Below are positions 43,835 through 54,997 of a DNA stretch of 64,000 nt, in pieces. The notes under the pieces are model-generated. The model made no database searches, had not been told where the DNA came from, and was given only the letters and a program-made list of their open reading frames with translations. A program made the position numbers and the translations under genes. The DNA is from Gammaproteobacteria bacterium (lineage in GTDB: Bacteria > Pseudomonadota > Gammaproteobacteria > UBA4575), in the NCBI GenBank assembly GCA_965243395.1, contig CBDEUS010000002.1:910491-974490 (forward strand), in the 5' to 3' direction. Position 1 is the first letter of the stretch, and each line of letters begins with the position of its first letter.

Positions 43835-45066
43835 GTCGTAAAGTCGATAAAAGTATGATCGTTGGGTTGGATATTGGAACTTCTAAGATTACCGCCATAG
43901 TGGGCGAAGTAAACGAAGATAATCAATTAGAGATTGTTGGAATCGGTTCACATCCTTCGCGCGGCCTTAAAAAGGGTGTTGTTGTAAATATCGAGTCGAC
44001 CGTACAGTCGATCCAGCGATGTATAGAAGAAGCGGAATTAATGGCAGGTTGTCAAATTCATTCAGTATTTGCAGGAATCGCCGGTAGTCACATACGTAGT
44101 ATGAATTCACATGGAATTGTTGCAATTAAAGATCGTGAAGTTTCCGCTAATGATGTGGAACGAGTTATTGATGCTGCAAGAGCGGTTGCGATTCCAGCGG
44201 ATCAGCGTGTATTACACGTTATGCCTCAAGAATTTGTGATTGATCAGCAAGAAGGTATTCGTGAACCGGTAGGGATGTCTGGAGTACGTCTTGAGGCAAA
44301 AGTGCATCTGGTAACAGGAGCTGAAAGCGCAGCTCAAAATATTATTAAATGTGTACGTCGATGTGGTTTGGAAGTCGACGACATTATTCTGGAGCAACTT
44401 GCATCCAGCTATTCTGTGTTAACGGATGATGAAAAAGAGCTGGGAATTTGTTTAGTGGATATAGGAGGCGGTACAACAGACGTTGCGGTGTTTACTGAAG
44501 GTGCAATTAAGCACACTTCAGTAATTCCTATTGCAGGTGATCAAGTTACAAATGATATTGCTGTCGCTATGCGTACTCCTACTCAATATGCTGAAGAGAT
44601 CAAAATTAAATATGCTTGTGCCTTGCGACAACTTGCAAATCCCGATGACACAATTGAAGTACCCAGCGTAGGTGATCGTGAACCACGTCGGTTATCGCGA
44701 CAAACGCTCGCAGAGGTAGTTGAACCACGTTATGAAGAGTTGTTGTCCTTGGTACATGCGGAATTACGTCGCAGTGGTTTTGAAGATTTAGTCGCAGCAG
44801 GTGTTGTGCTAACCGGTGGAAGCTCAAAAATGGAAGGGGTAGTTGATTTAGCGGAAGAAGTATTCCATATGCCTGTGCGTCTAGGACTACCTCAATATGT
44901 AACGGGTCTGGTAGACGTAGTGCGTAATCCAATTCATGCAACAGGTGTGGGCTTGTTGTTGTTTGGGCATAAAAATCAGCATATGGGAGAGACTTCATTA
45001 TTTAGTGATTCAAATGTAGGTAGTGCATTAAAGAGGATGAAGAATTGGTTTCAGGGGAGTTTTTAG
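43831..45066 (+). CDS. ftsA: cell division protein FtsA
   Basis: The 411-aa ORF has an actin-like ATPase fold. Confidence 0.95.
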   Translation: MSRKVDKSMIVGLDIGTSKITAIVGEVNEDNQLEIVGIGSHPSRGLKKGVVVNIESTVQSIQRCIEEAELMAGCQIHSVFAGIAGSHIRSMNSHGIVAIKDREVSANDVERVIDAARAVAIPADQRVLHVMPQEFVIDQQEGIREPVGMSGVRLEAKVHLVTGAESAAQNIIKCVRRCGLEVDDIILEQLASSYSVLTDDEKELGICLVDIGGGTTDVAVFTEGAIKHTSVIPIAGDQVTNDIAVAMRTPTQYAEEIKIKYACALRQLANPDDTIEVPSVGDREPRRLSRQTLAEVVEPRYEELLSLVHAELRRSGFEDLVAAGVVLTGGSSKMEGVVDLAEEVFHMPVRLGLPQYVTGLVDVVRNPIHATGVGLLLFGHKNQHMGETSLFSDSNVGSALKRMKNWFQGSF

Positions 45067-45134
45067 TTGCTCGATTTAATACGGGCTCATTACTTAATTT
45101 TTAGCATGTAAATGTAAACTAGAGGAGAAGCATC

Positions 45135-46322
45135 ATGTTTGAATTAATGGACGCATACAGCCAAAGTGCTGTGATAAAGGTAATTGGTGTTGGCGGCGGT
45201 GGCGGTAATGCCGTACAGCATATGGTGAACTCAGCAATTGAAGGAGTTGACTTCGTATGTGCGAACACTGACTCGCAGGCATTAAAAAATACTAATGCCA
45301 AAACTGTGTTGCAGATGGGGAGTGAGATTACTAAAGGATTGGGCGCAGGCGCCAACCCTGTAGTGGGTCGTGAAGCGGCGATTGAAGATCGTGACCGTAT
45401 TCACGATGTGATTGCCGGTGCGGATATGTTATTCATCACGGCAGGGATGGGGGGCGGAACCGGTACGGGTGCCGCGCCTGTTGTTGCCGAGGTTGCAAAA
45501 GAATTAGGTATCTTAACGGTGGCTGTGGTAACCAAACCTTTTCCGTTTGAAGGATCAAAACGTATGCAGATTGCGGATACCGGAATTGAAGAACTCAGTA
45601 AACATGTAGATTCATTAATTACGATACCGAATGAAAAACTGTTAACTGTTTTAGGAAAAGATACAAATTTACTTGAAGCATTTAAATCTGCAAATGATGT
45701 ATTACATGGTGCAGTTCAAGGGATCGCCGAACTTATAACTTGTCCGGGTTTAATTAATGTTGATTTTGCAGATGTGCGAACAGTAATGTCAGAAATGGGT
45801 ATGGCTATGATGGGTTCTGGATTATCTGTAGGTACTGAACGTGCTCGTGAAGCTGCAGAGTCAGCAATCTCAAGTCCATTACTTGAAGATGTAAATATTT
45901 CTGGTGCCAAAGGAATTCTGGTTAATGTTACTGCAAGTACCAGTCTCTCTATTGGAGAGTTTGAAGAAGTCGGAAACCACATCAAGGGTCTCGCTTCGGA
46001 TGATGCAACAGTGGTAGTAGGTACTGTAATCGATGAATCGATGGCAGATAACCTTCGCGTTACCCTGGTGGCGACAGGAATAGGTTCGCAGAATATGGCT
46101 ATACCAAGTAGACCTACTGTGAAGTTAGTGGAAACAACACCTAAGAAAATCATAGAAGATCCAGCAGTAATGGATATGGAGGAAGAGCTTGAAGCACCTG
46201 TTGCGATACGTGCCGAGAATCGTGCCAAACCCGCAATAGAGGCTAAGCCTAGCGAGAAAGATGATGACTACGATCTGGATTACTTGGATATTCCAGCTTT
46301 TTTGCGCAGACAGGCGGATTAG
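45135..46322 (+). CDS. ftsZ: cell division GTPase FtsZ
   Basis: It has the tubulin signature GGGTGTG and the conserved C-terminal peptide [11 protein letters not shown]. Confidence 0.95.
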   Translation: MFELMDAYSQSAVIKVIGVGGGGGNAVQHMVNSAIEGVDFVCANTDSQALKNTNAKTVLQMGSEITKGLGAGANPVVGREAAIEDRDRIHDVIAGADMLFITAGMGGGTGTGAAPVVAEVAKELGILTVAVVTKPFPFEGSKRMQIADTGIEELSKHVDSLITIPNEKLLTVLGKDTNLLEAFKSANDVLHGAVQGIAELITCPGLINVDFADVRTVMSEMGMAMMGSGLSVGTERAREAAESAISSPLLEDVNISGAKGILVNVTASTSLSIGEFEEVGNHIKGLASDDATVVVGTVIDESMADNLRVTLVATGIGSQNMAIPSRPTVKLVETTPKKIIEDPAVMDMEEELEAPVAIRAENRAKPAIEAKPSEKDDDYDLDYLDIPAFLRRQAD

Positions 46323-46577
46323 GAGCCTAATCCAGAATCGTTGGTAAAACTGTTCAGATTGCTAAGTGGTTGATTTAATTTTGGTCTTTTAAGAGGTTAA
46401 AAGGAACCAAATGTCCTATGAAGGTTCCAACCTCCTAACAGCGAAGCTGTAGGATTTATGTAATAATATCGCCACTCTTTAAGGGTGTCGTCAAATGAGC
46501 CAAATAAGGGTGTTTGTATGCCACAAGGATATGGTTATGAGCATCCAAATAGGGGTGTCCAATTAAGGCCCGTAATC

Positions 46578-46611
46578 AAATAGGATTAGCGATCGAATAG
46601 GACTTACGATC
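46578..46611 (+). repeat. tandem 17-nt direct repeat (AAATAGGATTAGCGATC / GAATAGGACTTACGATC) abutting the lpxC start
   Basis: The repeat is visible directly in the sequence. Related AAATARGGGTGT copies lie at 46502-46513 and 46547-46558, and an AAGGGTGT copy at 46481-46488. Confidence 0.4.
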
Positions 46612-46612
46612 C

Positions 46613-47530
46613 GTGATAAAACAAAGAACACTTAAAAATGTAATCCGCGCAACTGGCGTAGGCTTACATACGGGTAAAAAAGTTTACTTAACTTTACGAC
46701 CTGCACCTATTAACACAGGTGTAGTCTTCCGTCGTATAGACCTAGACCCTCCCGTAGAAATAAAAGCCAGTCCTGAAAACGTAGGAGATACCAGTTTATC
46801 GACTACTTTAGTAGCAGGTGATGTGCGTATATCTACTGTTGAGCACTTGCTTTCAGCTATCGCTGGTCTTGGTATTGATAATGCTTATGTAGATGTGAGT
46901 GCTGCCGAAGTTCCCATCATGGATGGCAGTGCGGGTCCATTTGTATTTCTTGTTCAGTCTGCCGGTATTATTGAACAAAATGCGCCTAAGAAATTTATTC
47001 GTATAATTAAGTCTGTTGAGATTAAAGAAGAGGATAAGTGGGCAAGATTCGATCCATTCGATGGATTCAAAGTGGGTTTCACAATCGATTTTGACCATCC
47101 GGTATTCCAAGCGGCGCCTCAAAAAGCCGAGCTCGATTTTTCTACAACTTCTTTTGTAAAAGAAGTATCCCGCTCGCGAACATTTGGCTTTATGCGAGAT
47201 TTTGAAACATTGCGTTCTAAAAATCTTGCTTTGGGAGGCAGCTTAGATAATTCTATCGCTGTTGATGATCACCGCATCCTTAATGAAGACGGCCTGCGTT
47301 ACGAGGATGAGTTTGTAAAACATAAAATTCTCGATGCAATTGGTGATTTATACCTACTTGGTCATAGCTTAATCGGTGCTTTTAGTGGTTATAAATCTGG
47401 TCATGCATTGAATAATAAATTACTACGTCAACTTGTCGCGGTAACGGATGCCTGGGAAGAAGTGACTTTCGAAGATGACGCGGAAAACGTCCCGATTTTC
47501 TACAGTCGACCTATTAGTGCAAGTGCTTAA
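46613..47530 (+). CDS. lpxC: UDP-3-O-acyl-N-acetylglucosamine deacetylase (GTG start)
   Basis: The 305-aa ORF matches the LpxC family and begins [24 protein letters not shown]. Confidence 0.95.
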   Translation: MIKQRTLKNVIRATGVGLHTGKKVYLTLRPAPINTGVVFRRIDLDPPVEIKASPENVGDTSLSTTLVAGDVRISTVEHLLSAIAGLGIDNAYVDVSAAEVPIMDGSAGPFVFLVQSAGIIEQNAPKKFIRIIKSVEIKEEDKWARFDPFDGFKVGFTIDFDHPVFQAAPQKAELDFSTTSFVKEVSRSRTFGFMRDFETLRSKNLALGGSLDNSIAVDDHRILNEDGLRYEDEFVKHKILDAIGDLYLLGHSLIGAFSGYKSGHALNNKLLRQLVAVTDAWEEVTFEDDAENVPIFYSRPISASA

Positions 47531-47532
47531 GA

Positions 47533-47545
47533 CGCGAATTTCGCG
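47533..47545. terminator. short GC-rich hairpin (CGCGA-ATT-TCGCG) between convergent lpxC and the DUF721 gene; possible bidirectional terminator
   Basis: It has a 5-bp GC stem and a 3-nt loop. The downstream T-tract is poor. Confidence 0.3.
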
Positions 47546-47589
47546 ACTTATTTAATCCCTATTATTTAATCAAATCGCTCGATTAAAAA

Positions 47590-48015
47590 TTAGTCAAATT
47601 TGCCTCGGTTAGCCAGCTTTTGCATGGCTTTTTGGAGCTCTAAATCCTTGATATTACTGGCACATTGATAGATGTGATTGGCAGTATTTGAGGATAAATT
47701 TCGCGCACTCATCGGATGGTTACCACCACTGATAACGTTACTTATTTTAACCTTTATTTGATTCAAGTATTCCTTTACAGTAAGACTTAGTTCTTGATTC
47801 AGCTGTTTGAGTATCTCGCGTTGCTGAAATCGAATAATACTAGCCCGATTGGGGTCATCTGTGATGATCGTCAGGGTGCGGTTATCGATACTAGCAACCC
47901 AACAGTGTCTGGCTAAGTCCTCAGGTAACTGCATTCTAATGCTCAGGGTGAGCCTATGTAGCAGTTTAGCCTTTTTTTGCAGATCAACACTGATGTATGA
48001 AGAGCATTTTTGCAT
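47590..48015 (-). CDS. DUF721 (DciA-like) family protein
   Basis: The 141-aa ORF lies between lpxC and secA, where Pseudomonas-type genomes encode a DUF721 protein. The call rests on a weak sequence pattern only. Confidence 0.5.
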   Translation of the reverse strand: MQKCSSYISVDLQKKAKLLHRLTLSIRMQLPEDLARHCWVASIDNRTLTIITDDPNRASIIRFQQREILKQLNQELSLTVKEYLNQIKVKISNVISGGNHPMSARNLSSNTANHIYQCASNIKDLELQKAMQKLANRGKFD

Positions 48016-48100
48016 CAGTTTTTATTACATGGAATGTAACTAATGTTGAAGCCAGCTTTATTGAACATGGACTACAGATAATAAATATAAAAAGTTTAAA

Positions 48101-49009
48101 ATGAACATTATCATTTTCCCACGTCCGCAAACAAATCATGTCTATGCAAAACCCATGCATGGATTGAATAAGATTTCTTTGATTTTTGGAATAATTGCAG
48201 TTTCGGCGGTTTTATTGGGTGGTGGGTATTTGCTAGGTATCTCATATGGCCATAAAACGATCATAAACGAATGGAAAGCGGATGTAAGTGCTCAAAATGA
48301 GCGTCTGCAACTAGCTAAGCGTGAGAGTGAAACTCATGTAGACGCTTTAACGACTAAAGTTGGTCTACTGCAAGCGCATATTAATCGTATTGATGCGCTA
48401 GGCAATATGTTAGTTAGCATGGCAGGTCTCGATTCAGAAGAATTTAGCTTTGATGCTACCCCAGGTGTGGGTGGTGCAGGTTCAGCAATAGAGAATGATC
48501 AGGATGTTGATATGGAAATTGATGCTGTCCTGGCAAGACTCAATGCGGAAATTGAAAACCGTGAATATCAATTAAGTGTTTTAAATGATTTACTGATTGA
48601 TGAAAAATTAGAGCAAGAAACTCGTCCGCAGGGGCGTCCAGTCATTCATGGTTGGATTTCTTCATATTTCGGCAAACGTACTAGTCCATTTTCCGGCAAG
48701 ACAGAGATGCATCGTGGTGTGGATTTTGCGGGAAAGACCGGCAATGATGTGGTATCAGTAGCCGGGGGTGTGGTAACTAAAGCAGGCAAAAAAGGGGCTT
48801 ATGGTTACTTAGTTGAGGTGGATCATGGCAACGGTTATATAACTCGCTATGGCCACAATCAAATGGTATTGGTTCAGGTAGGAGAAGCAATTAAGCGCGG
48901 TCAGGTGATCGCTAAGCTGGGTAGTACCGGTCGATCTACAGGGCCACATGTGCATTTCGAAGTTATCAAAGATGGTGCACGAATCGATCCTATGAAGTTT
49001 ATTGAATAG
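48101..49009 (+). CDS. M23 family metallopeptidase with N-terminal TM and coiled-coil region
   Basis: The 302-aa ORF has a C-terminal LytM domain with HRGVDF and HVHFEV zinc-ligand motifs. Confidence 0.8.
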   Translation: MNIIIFPRPQTNHVYAKPMHGLNKISLIFGIIAVSAVLLGGGYLLGISYGHKTIINEWKADVSAQNERLQLAKRESETHVDALTTKVGLLQAHINRIDALGNMLVSMAGLDSEEFSFDATPGVGGAGSAIENDQDVDMEIDAVLARLNAEIENREYQLSVLNDLLIDEKLEQETRPQGRPVIHGWISSYFGKRTSPFSGKTEMHRGVDFAGKTGNDVVSVAGGVVTKAGKKGAYGYLVEVDHGNGYITRYGHNQMVLVQVGEAIKRGQVIAKLGSTGRSTGPHVHFEVIKDGARIDPMKFIE

Positions 49010-49221
49010 GAAAAGTCCTAGAATAAATTGTATCTCTGTATCGATTGAATTATAGATAGTATCGCTTTGTTATTTCTTTCTTTAGGCTAGTGTATACTTC
49101 CCTGCTAGCTTCAAACGTAAAACTTATATTTGTTCACTAAAATTATTAGATTTGGTTCATTCTGCAATATTGTGGAAGTTGTACCGATCTTTTAACACAC
49201 GTCTAGTATTAAAATTAACGT

Positions 49222-51936
49222 ATGTTTCAAAAAATATTTGGTAGTCGCAATCAGCGATTAGTCAAGCAATATAGTAAGGCAGTTAAAAAAATTAATGATC
49301 TTGAGTCTTCATATAAGGCTTTAGATGATCAGGCATTAAAAAATAAAACTCTTGAGTTTCGTGAACAGTTAAAAAATGGCACGAGTCTCGAAGCTATCCT
49401 TCCAGATGCATTTGCTACTGTTCGAGAAGCTGCAATTCGAACTTTGGGCATGCGTCATTTTGATGTGCAGTTAATAGGCGGCATGGTACTTAATGATGGC
49501 AAGATTGCTGAAATGAGAACCGGTGAGGGTAAAACACTGGTAGCGACTTTACCAATCTATCTAAATGCCTTGACGGAAAAAGGTGCTCATGTTGTTACTG
49601 TCAATGATTATTTAGCTAAGCGTGATGCTGAGTGGATGGGGGAGATCTATCGATTTCTCGGTTTGAAGGTTGGTGTCATCACGGGGGGCATGATGCATGA
49701 AGAGCGTAAAGAAGCTTATGCCGCGGATATTACCTATGGCACCAATAATGAATTTGGTTTTGATTATTTACGTGACAATATGGAATTTTCTATCGAAGGT
49801 TGTGTGCAGCGCGAACTTAATTTTGCTGTTGTGGATGAGGTGGATTCCATTTTAATCGATGAAGCACGCACGCCTTTGATTATTTCGGGTCCGACTGGTG
49901 AAAATTCCGAAATGTATATGGCAATTAATAAGTTGGTACCTAAGTTGATTGCACAAGAAGAAGAAGAGGGGCCGGGCGATTACAGCGTCGATGAAAAGAG
50001 CAAGCAAATTTTTCTTACCGAGGAAGGACATCAGCATATAGAAGAGATGCTTGTTGGGCAGAAGTTATTGGGTGAGGGCGAAACACTTTATGACACTGCA
50101 AATATAAGTTTATTGCATCATATTAATGCGGCATTACGTGCACATGCATTATTTCAAAAAAATGTTGATTATATTGTTAAGGAAGGCCAGGTCATCATCG
50201 TAGATGAATTTACCGGTCGAACTATGCCGGGACGACGTTGGTCCGATGGTTTGCACCAAGCTGTTGAAGCAAAAGAAGGCGTGAAAATTCAAAATGAAAA
50301 TCAAACATTAGCTTCAATAACATTTCAAAATTATTTTCGTCTTTATGACAAGCTTTCAGGTATGACGGGTACCGCAGATACCGAAGCATTCGAATTTCAG
50401 TCTATTTATGGATTAGAGGTAGTCGTGATTCCAACTCACAGGGATATGGTCCGTGATGATATGGGCGATTTGGTTTATCTAACACTCAATGAAAAATACG
50501 ATGCAATAATCGACGACATAAAAGATTGTGTGCAGCGTGGTCAGCCAGTATTGGTAGGAACAACATCCATTGAGTCATCAGAACTTATTTCCAATGTATT
50601 AAAAAAATCTAATATTGAGCATCAGGTACTCAATGCAAAACAGCACGAAAAAGAGTCTCACATTATTGCTCAGGCAGGTCGACCGGGTACGGTTACGATC
50701 GCCACGAATATGGCAGGTCGTGGTACTGATATTGTGTTGGGAGGAAGTTTAGATGCTGAGTTGCAGGCATTAGATGATGAAAGTAAAAACAATTCCAACA
50801 TCGAAGATGTTAAAACAGAGTGGCAAAATCGTCATGATGCCGTGATAGATTCCGGTGGTTTGCATATTATTGGAACGGAAAGACATGAATCACGACGTAT
50901 AGATAATCAGTTGCGTGGTAGGTCTGGCCGCCAAGGTGATCCGGGTTCAAGTCGTTTTTATCTATCCATGGAAGATAATTTAATGCGTATTTTTGCCTCC
51001 GATAAAGTCAGGGGATTGATGCAAAAATTAGGCATGCAACAAGGTGAGTCCATCGAGCATCCATGGGTATCAAAAGCCATTGAGAATGCACAACGGAAAG
51101 TTGAATCACATAACTTCGATATTCGTAAACATTTATTGGAATATGATGATGTAGCCAATGATCAACGCAAAGTTGTTTATGAACAGCGACGTGACCTAAT
51201 GCAAGAGGAAGATATTTCAGAGAACTTAGCGGCAATTCGTGAGGATGTTACTGAGGCAGAAATTAATCAATATCTACCACCTGGAAGTATGGATGAGCAA
51301 TGGGATGTCGAAGGTCTAACGAATGCATTTAAAAGTGATTTTGGTTTAACGTTTCCTATTCAGCAATGGCTGGATGAAGATGACATGGTTGCCGAAGAAG
51401 AAATACGTGAGCGAATTCATGAACGAGTAGCAAAATTATTTCAGGAAAAACAAGATCGCATTGGTTCTGATGCCATGCGTCAACTTGAGAAAAAGTTTAT
51501 GTTAGATGTGCTTGATCATCGTTGGAAGGAACATTTAGCGGGTATGGATTATTTGCGCCAAGGTATTGGCTTACGTGGATATGCACAAAAAAATCCGAAA
51601 CAAGAATACAAACGCGAAGCCTTTGGTATGTTTCAAGAAATGCTTGAGCAAATTAAACATGAAACCGTGTCTTTAATTTCTAGAGTTGAACTGCCAACGC
51701 TTGAGGAAATTAAAGCCATGGAAGCTGCTCAACGTGTACCTGAAAACATACAATATCAGCATGCCGAAGCGGATGATTTGCTGCATCCAGAACAGATACA
51801 AGAAGATGTACCTCAAGCAGAAGAGCAAGTTAAACAACAGCCATTCAAACGCACAAACAAAAAAGTTGGTCGTAACGAGCCTTGTCCTTGTGGCTCAGGC
51901 AAAAAATATAAGCAATGTCATGGTAAGCTAACTTAG
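49222..51936 (+). CDS. secA: preprotein translocase ATPase SecA
   Basis: The 904-aa ORF has DEAD-like motor domains and a C-terminal zinc finger ([14 protein letters not shown]). Confidence 0.95.
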   Translation: MFQKIFGSRNQRLVKQYSKAVKKINDLESSYKALDDQALKNKTLEFREQLKNGTSLEAILPDAFATVREAAIRTLGMRHFDVQLIGGMVLNDGKIAEMRTGEGKTLVATLPIYLNALTEKGAHVVTVNDYLAKRDAEWMGEIYRFLGLKVGVITGGMMHEERKEAYAADITYGTNNEFGFDYLRDNMEFSIEGCVQRELNFAVVDEVDSILIDEARTPLIISGPTGENSEMYMAINKLVPKLIAQEEEEGPGDYSVDEKSKQIFLTEEGHQHIEEMLVGQKLLGEGETLYDTANISLLHHINAALRAHALFQKNVDYIVKEGQVIIVDEFTGRTMPGRRWSDGLHQAVEAKEGVKIQNENQTLASITFQNYFRLYDKLSGMTGTADTEAFEFQSIYGLEVVVIPTHRDMVRDDMGDLVYLTLNEKYDAIIDDIKDCVQRGQPVLVGTTSIESSELISNVLKKSNIEHQVLNAKQHEKESHIIAQAGRPGTVTIATNMAGRGTDIVLGGSLDAELQALDDESKNNSNIEDVKTEWQNRHDAVIDSGGLHIIGTERHESRRIDNQLRGRSGRQGDPGSSRFYLSMEDNLMRIFASDKVRGLMQKLGMQQGESIEHPWVSKAIENAQRKVESHNFDIRKHLLEYDDVANDQRKVVYEQRRDLMQEEDISENLAAIREDVTEAEINQYLPPGSMDEQWDVEGLTNAFKSDFGLTFPIQQWLDEDDMVAEEEIRERIHERVAKLFQEKQDRIGSDAMRQLEKKFMLDVLDHRWKEHLAGMDYLRQGIGLRGYAQKNPKQEYKREAFGMFQEMLEQIKHETVSLISRVELPTLEEIKAMEAAQRVPENIQYQHAEADDLLHPEQIQEDVPQAEEQVKQQPFKRTNKKVGRNEPCPCGSGKKYKQCHGKLT

Positions 51937-51984
51937 ATGTCTAATCTGAGTTAATCAGATTTAAAATCAAAATCTATATTTCAC

Positions 51985-53202
51985 ATGGCTATTTCTCTAC
52001 AAGCTCCAACTAATTTACTGCCGATTGCTGGTATACGAATTGCTAGTTCATCAGCAGGTATAAAATATCAAAATCGTGATGATTTAGTGCTATTTGAACT
52101 TTGTGAGTCTTCTAATACCGCAGTTGTGTTAACTGAAAATCAATTCTGCGCCGCTCCTGTTACAGTCACTAGAGAGAATCTAGCAATTTGTAAGCCCAAA
52201 TATTTAATAGTAAATTCTGGAAACGCCAATGCTGGTTTAGGTGGGAAAGGTATTGAAGACGCAAATAAAGCATGTGAAGCCATAGCATCGCAAGCTGATT
52301 GCCAAGCTGAAGAAGTTTTGCCTTTTTCAACTGGTGTAATCGGCGAGCCACTACCGGTAAAAAAAATCACTGATAAGGTTCAAGAACTAATTAAAAGCTT
52401 AAATGAAAATTTATGGCTTGATGCAGCAAATGCGATTATGACGACGGATACAGTAGCAAAAGGATATTCTGAGCAACTTGATTTAGATGGAAATCGTGTT
52501 TCTATAACAGGTATTGCAAAGGGCGCAGGAATGATACGTCCTGATATGGCAACCATGCTTGCCTATGTGGCTACTGATTTAAAAATCGAAACTCCTGAAT
52601 TGCAAATGATTTTAAAAAATGCGGTAGACCAATCTTTTCACTGTATTACGGTTGATGGCGATACTTCAACGAATGATGCTTGCGCACTAATTGCCACTGG
52701 TAAATCGAGTATAAAATTAGATGCATTATCAGAGCAGGCTAAAGAAAATTTTATTTCTGCATTGAATGCTATTTTTTTGAAATTAGCTCAAGCAATTATT
52801 AGAGATGGAGAAGGGGCTACAAAATTTCTGTCCATTAAAGTTGAACAGGCAACCAATGAAGTCATGGCACGAGATATTGCATTTGCAATTGCGCATTCAC
52901 CTTTAGTCAAGACGGCAGCCTACGCAAGCGATCCAAACTGGGGTCGTGTTTTGGCTGCTGCAGGAAGAGGTTCAGATGAGGCTTTGGATATTGGAAAAAT
53001 ATCACTATTTATCAATGAGTTACAGGTAATTGACGATGGAGAATTGGCTGAGAATTATAGTGAGGATTCTGGCCAAAAAGAAATGCAAAAGGATGAAATT
53101 CAATTTCTATTACGATTAGGCCAAGGAGACGCAGAAAATACTGTGTGGACAACTGACCTTTCGTATGATTATGTGAAAATTAATGCTGAGTATCGTACTT
53201 AA
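51985..53202 (+). CDS. argJ: bifunctional ornithine acetyltransferase / N-acetylglutamate synthase
   Basis: The 405-aa ORF has the ATML autoproteolysis site. Confidence 0.9.
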   Translation: MAISLQAPTNLLPIAGIRIASSSAGIKYQNRDDLVLFELCESSNTAVVLTENQFCAAPVTVTRENLAICKPKYLIVNSGNANAGLGGKGIEDANKACEAIASQADCQAEEVLPFSTGVIGEPLPVKKITDKVQELIKSLNENLWLDAANAIMTTDTVAKGYSEQLDLDGNRVSITGIAKGAGMIRPDMATMLAYVATDLKIETPELQMILKNAVDQSFHCITVDGDTSTNDACALIATGKSSIKLDALSEQAKENFISALNAIFLKLAQAIIRDGEGATKFLSIKVEQATNEVMARDIAFAIAHSPLVKTAAYASDPNWGRVLAAAGRGSDEALDIGKISLFINELQVIDDGELAENYSEDSGQKEMQKDEIQFLLRLGQGDAENTVWTTDLSYDYVKINAEYRT

Positions 53203-53217
53203 TGTTTAATTCTTTGG

Positions 53218-54183
53218 ATGAGTGATTTTTCAAATCAAAACTACACACATGTCGCAATTGGAATTATTCAAAATTCTAAACAACAAGTTTTAGTAAGTAG
53301 ACGAAAAGCTGAATCTCATCTTGGCGGCTTATTGGAATTTCCGGGGGGCAAAGTAGAGAAGAATGAATCACCTACCGATGCGCTAAAGCGTGAACTATTT
53401 GAAGAACTCAATATTGATGTTTTAGATATTACACCCTTAATTCAAATCCCCTATAGCTATCCGAATCGAAATGTATTGCTGGATACTTTTTTAGTAAATG
53501 AGTATCACGGTAATATTATCGCCAATGAAAAACAGGCCATAATGTGGGAGTCTGTATACTCCCTTGATGTAAAACAATTTCCAGTTGCAAATATAGGCAT
53601 ACTCAATGCGTTAAAACTACCAACACTTTTTGCAGTTACACCGGATTTTAGCGAGGATGTAGACTTTATTAGCCACTTCGTAGAAGTTATTTCTAATTCA
53701 AAAATTGAAATTATTCAATTACGCTCCCATAGTTTGAATGATCAAGAATATGCAGCGCTTTTAGATAAATGTGTAAGGTTATGTAATAAAACTAAAGTTA
53801 AATTAATTGCTAATCGTATTGGTAAGATAGTAAAGCAGCCAGGTGCTGATGGCATACATTTGACGAGTAAAAAGTTACTTAGCACTCAAACTCGACCTTT
53901 AAGTAAGGAGTATTTGGTCGGGGCATCTTGCCATAATCTTCAGGAAATCGAACATGCTAATAAGTTAGGGCTAGATTATATTTTCATTGGACCTGTTATA
54001 GAGAAACAACAAGACATATCTATGAAAACACTAGGTATGGATGGTTTTTCAGAATTGACTTTATCTAGCCAAATACCTAGTTACGCTATTGGAGGACTAC
54101 AATTTGATGATGTTGAAAAGAGTATTCTAAATGGTGGGCAGGGTGTTGCAGCAATACGTGCAATATGGAATACAAAGCAATAA
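53218..54183 (+). CDS. mutT: fusion protein: N-terminal Nudix 8-oxo-dGTP diphosphatase (MutT) plus C-terminal thiamine-phosphate-synthase-like (ThiE/TenI) domain
   Basis: It has the Nudix box GGKVEKNESPTDALKRELFEELNI. The C-terminal roughly 200 aa resemble a TMP-synthase-like fold. A comparable fusion follows argJ in Pseudomonas. Confidence 0.8.
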   Translation: MSDFSNQNYTHVAIGIIQNSKQQVLVSRRKAESHLGGLLEFPGGKVEKNESPTDALKRELFEELNIDVLDITPLIQIPYSYPNRNVLLDTFLVNEYHGNIIANEKQAIMWESVYSLDVKQFPVANIGILNALKLPTLFAVTPDFSEDVDFISHFVEVISNSKIEIIQLRSHSLNDQEYAALLDKCVRLCNKTKVKLIANRIGKIVKQPGADGIHLTSKKLLSTQTRPLSKEYLVGASCHNLQEIEHANKLGLDYIFIGPVIEKQQDISMKTLGMDGFSELTLSSQIPSYAIGGLQFDDVEKSILNGGQGVAAIRAIWNTKQ

Positions 54184-54200
54184 GAAGTTCGATTTTCAAA

Positions 54201-54986
54201 TTAAAAGCTGCAGCAAGCTAGCTTGAAATCAACATTAGTGTGAGATTGTTTAGGGGTAGAATTAGGGTTTTCTTGAGTCAAAAAACGAATTGAAAATCTG
54301 TGTTTACCAGCGCTGCATTCTGGGAAAAAATGGTTTTTCTTGTCGAGCGAAATTCGAATTAGTTGATTAGGTGCGTTTGGGTCTAAAGTTTGGTCATAAA
54401 AACCATTTTGCGCGGTCATTTCTTCAAATTGTGTGCTTGCCCGTATCAATTTTAATGCTCTGCCTACACTTTCTTGGGCCACTTCAAAGGGTGACATCCA
54501 ATCTAATAAGATATCTTTACGCTGATGAAATGGTAAACAAAGCCAGTGATGGTACTCTGGTAAATCAAAATCACACGTTCCACCTGGAATTACTGCGCGC
54601 TGTCGTATGCTATTTATAAAGTCATTTTCTTTTAAGTGGTTACCAATTTGTCCACGAACAGTATGTAGTTTATCGAATACTTTTTTATGTTTTGACAAAA
54701 TTTCATTTAGTTTTTCAGTGTTGAGTTTAGGTTTACTTGCAAGTTGCTCTAACGCGTCAATTTGTCGTTTAAGTTCTTTCAAAAGTTCTTGTTTAAGGTC
54801 GCCACGTGAAACTAAGCTTAAGATTTCAATTAAACTCAATAACGCCATGTGAGAATCTGAACTGGTATCTTGTTTAGCAAAAAAACAAAATCGGTAAGTC
54901 AATTGCTCATAGCGTAGAAAAGTTCGCATTCTCTCGTTGAGAGGCTGCTCATAGCATATCTCATCTGTTTCTACATTATCGCTCAT
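54201..54986 (-). CDS. zapD: cell division protein ZapD (YacF)
   Basis: The 261-aa ORF follows coaE as in E. coli. Confidence 0.8.
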   Translation of the reverse strand: MSDNVETDEICYEQPLNERMRTFLRYEQLTYRFCFFAKQDTSSDSHMALLSLIEILSLVSRGDLKQELLKELKRQIDALEQLASKPKLNTEKLNEILSKHKKVFDKLHTVRGQIGNHLKENDFINSIRQRAVIPGGTCDFDLPEYHHWLCLPFHQRKDILLDWMSPFEVAQESVGRALKLIRASTQFEEMTAQNGFYDQTLDPNAPNQLIRISLDKKNHFFPECSAGKHRFSIRFLTQENPNSTPKQSHTNVDFKLACCSF

Positions 54987-54997
54987 GGTTGATTTGA

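Noticed and set aside
45716-46228. 170-aa ORF on the minus strand inside ftsZ
   Set aside because: It is fully antisense to the highly conserved ftsZ coding sequence. The product is low-complexity and Ser/Thr/Ala-rich, typical of shadow ORFs opposite GC-rich codon-biased genes.
46853-47122. 89-aa ORF antisense within lpxC
   Set aside because: It is a shadow ORF.
51943-51961. AATCTGA-GTTAA-TCAGATT hairpin after secA as a rho-independent terminator
   Set aside because: The 7-bp stem is AT-rich and is followed by TAAAATC rather than a U-tract, so it is weak. argJ is likely co-transcribed with secA.
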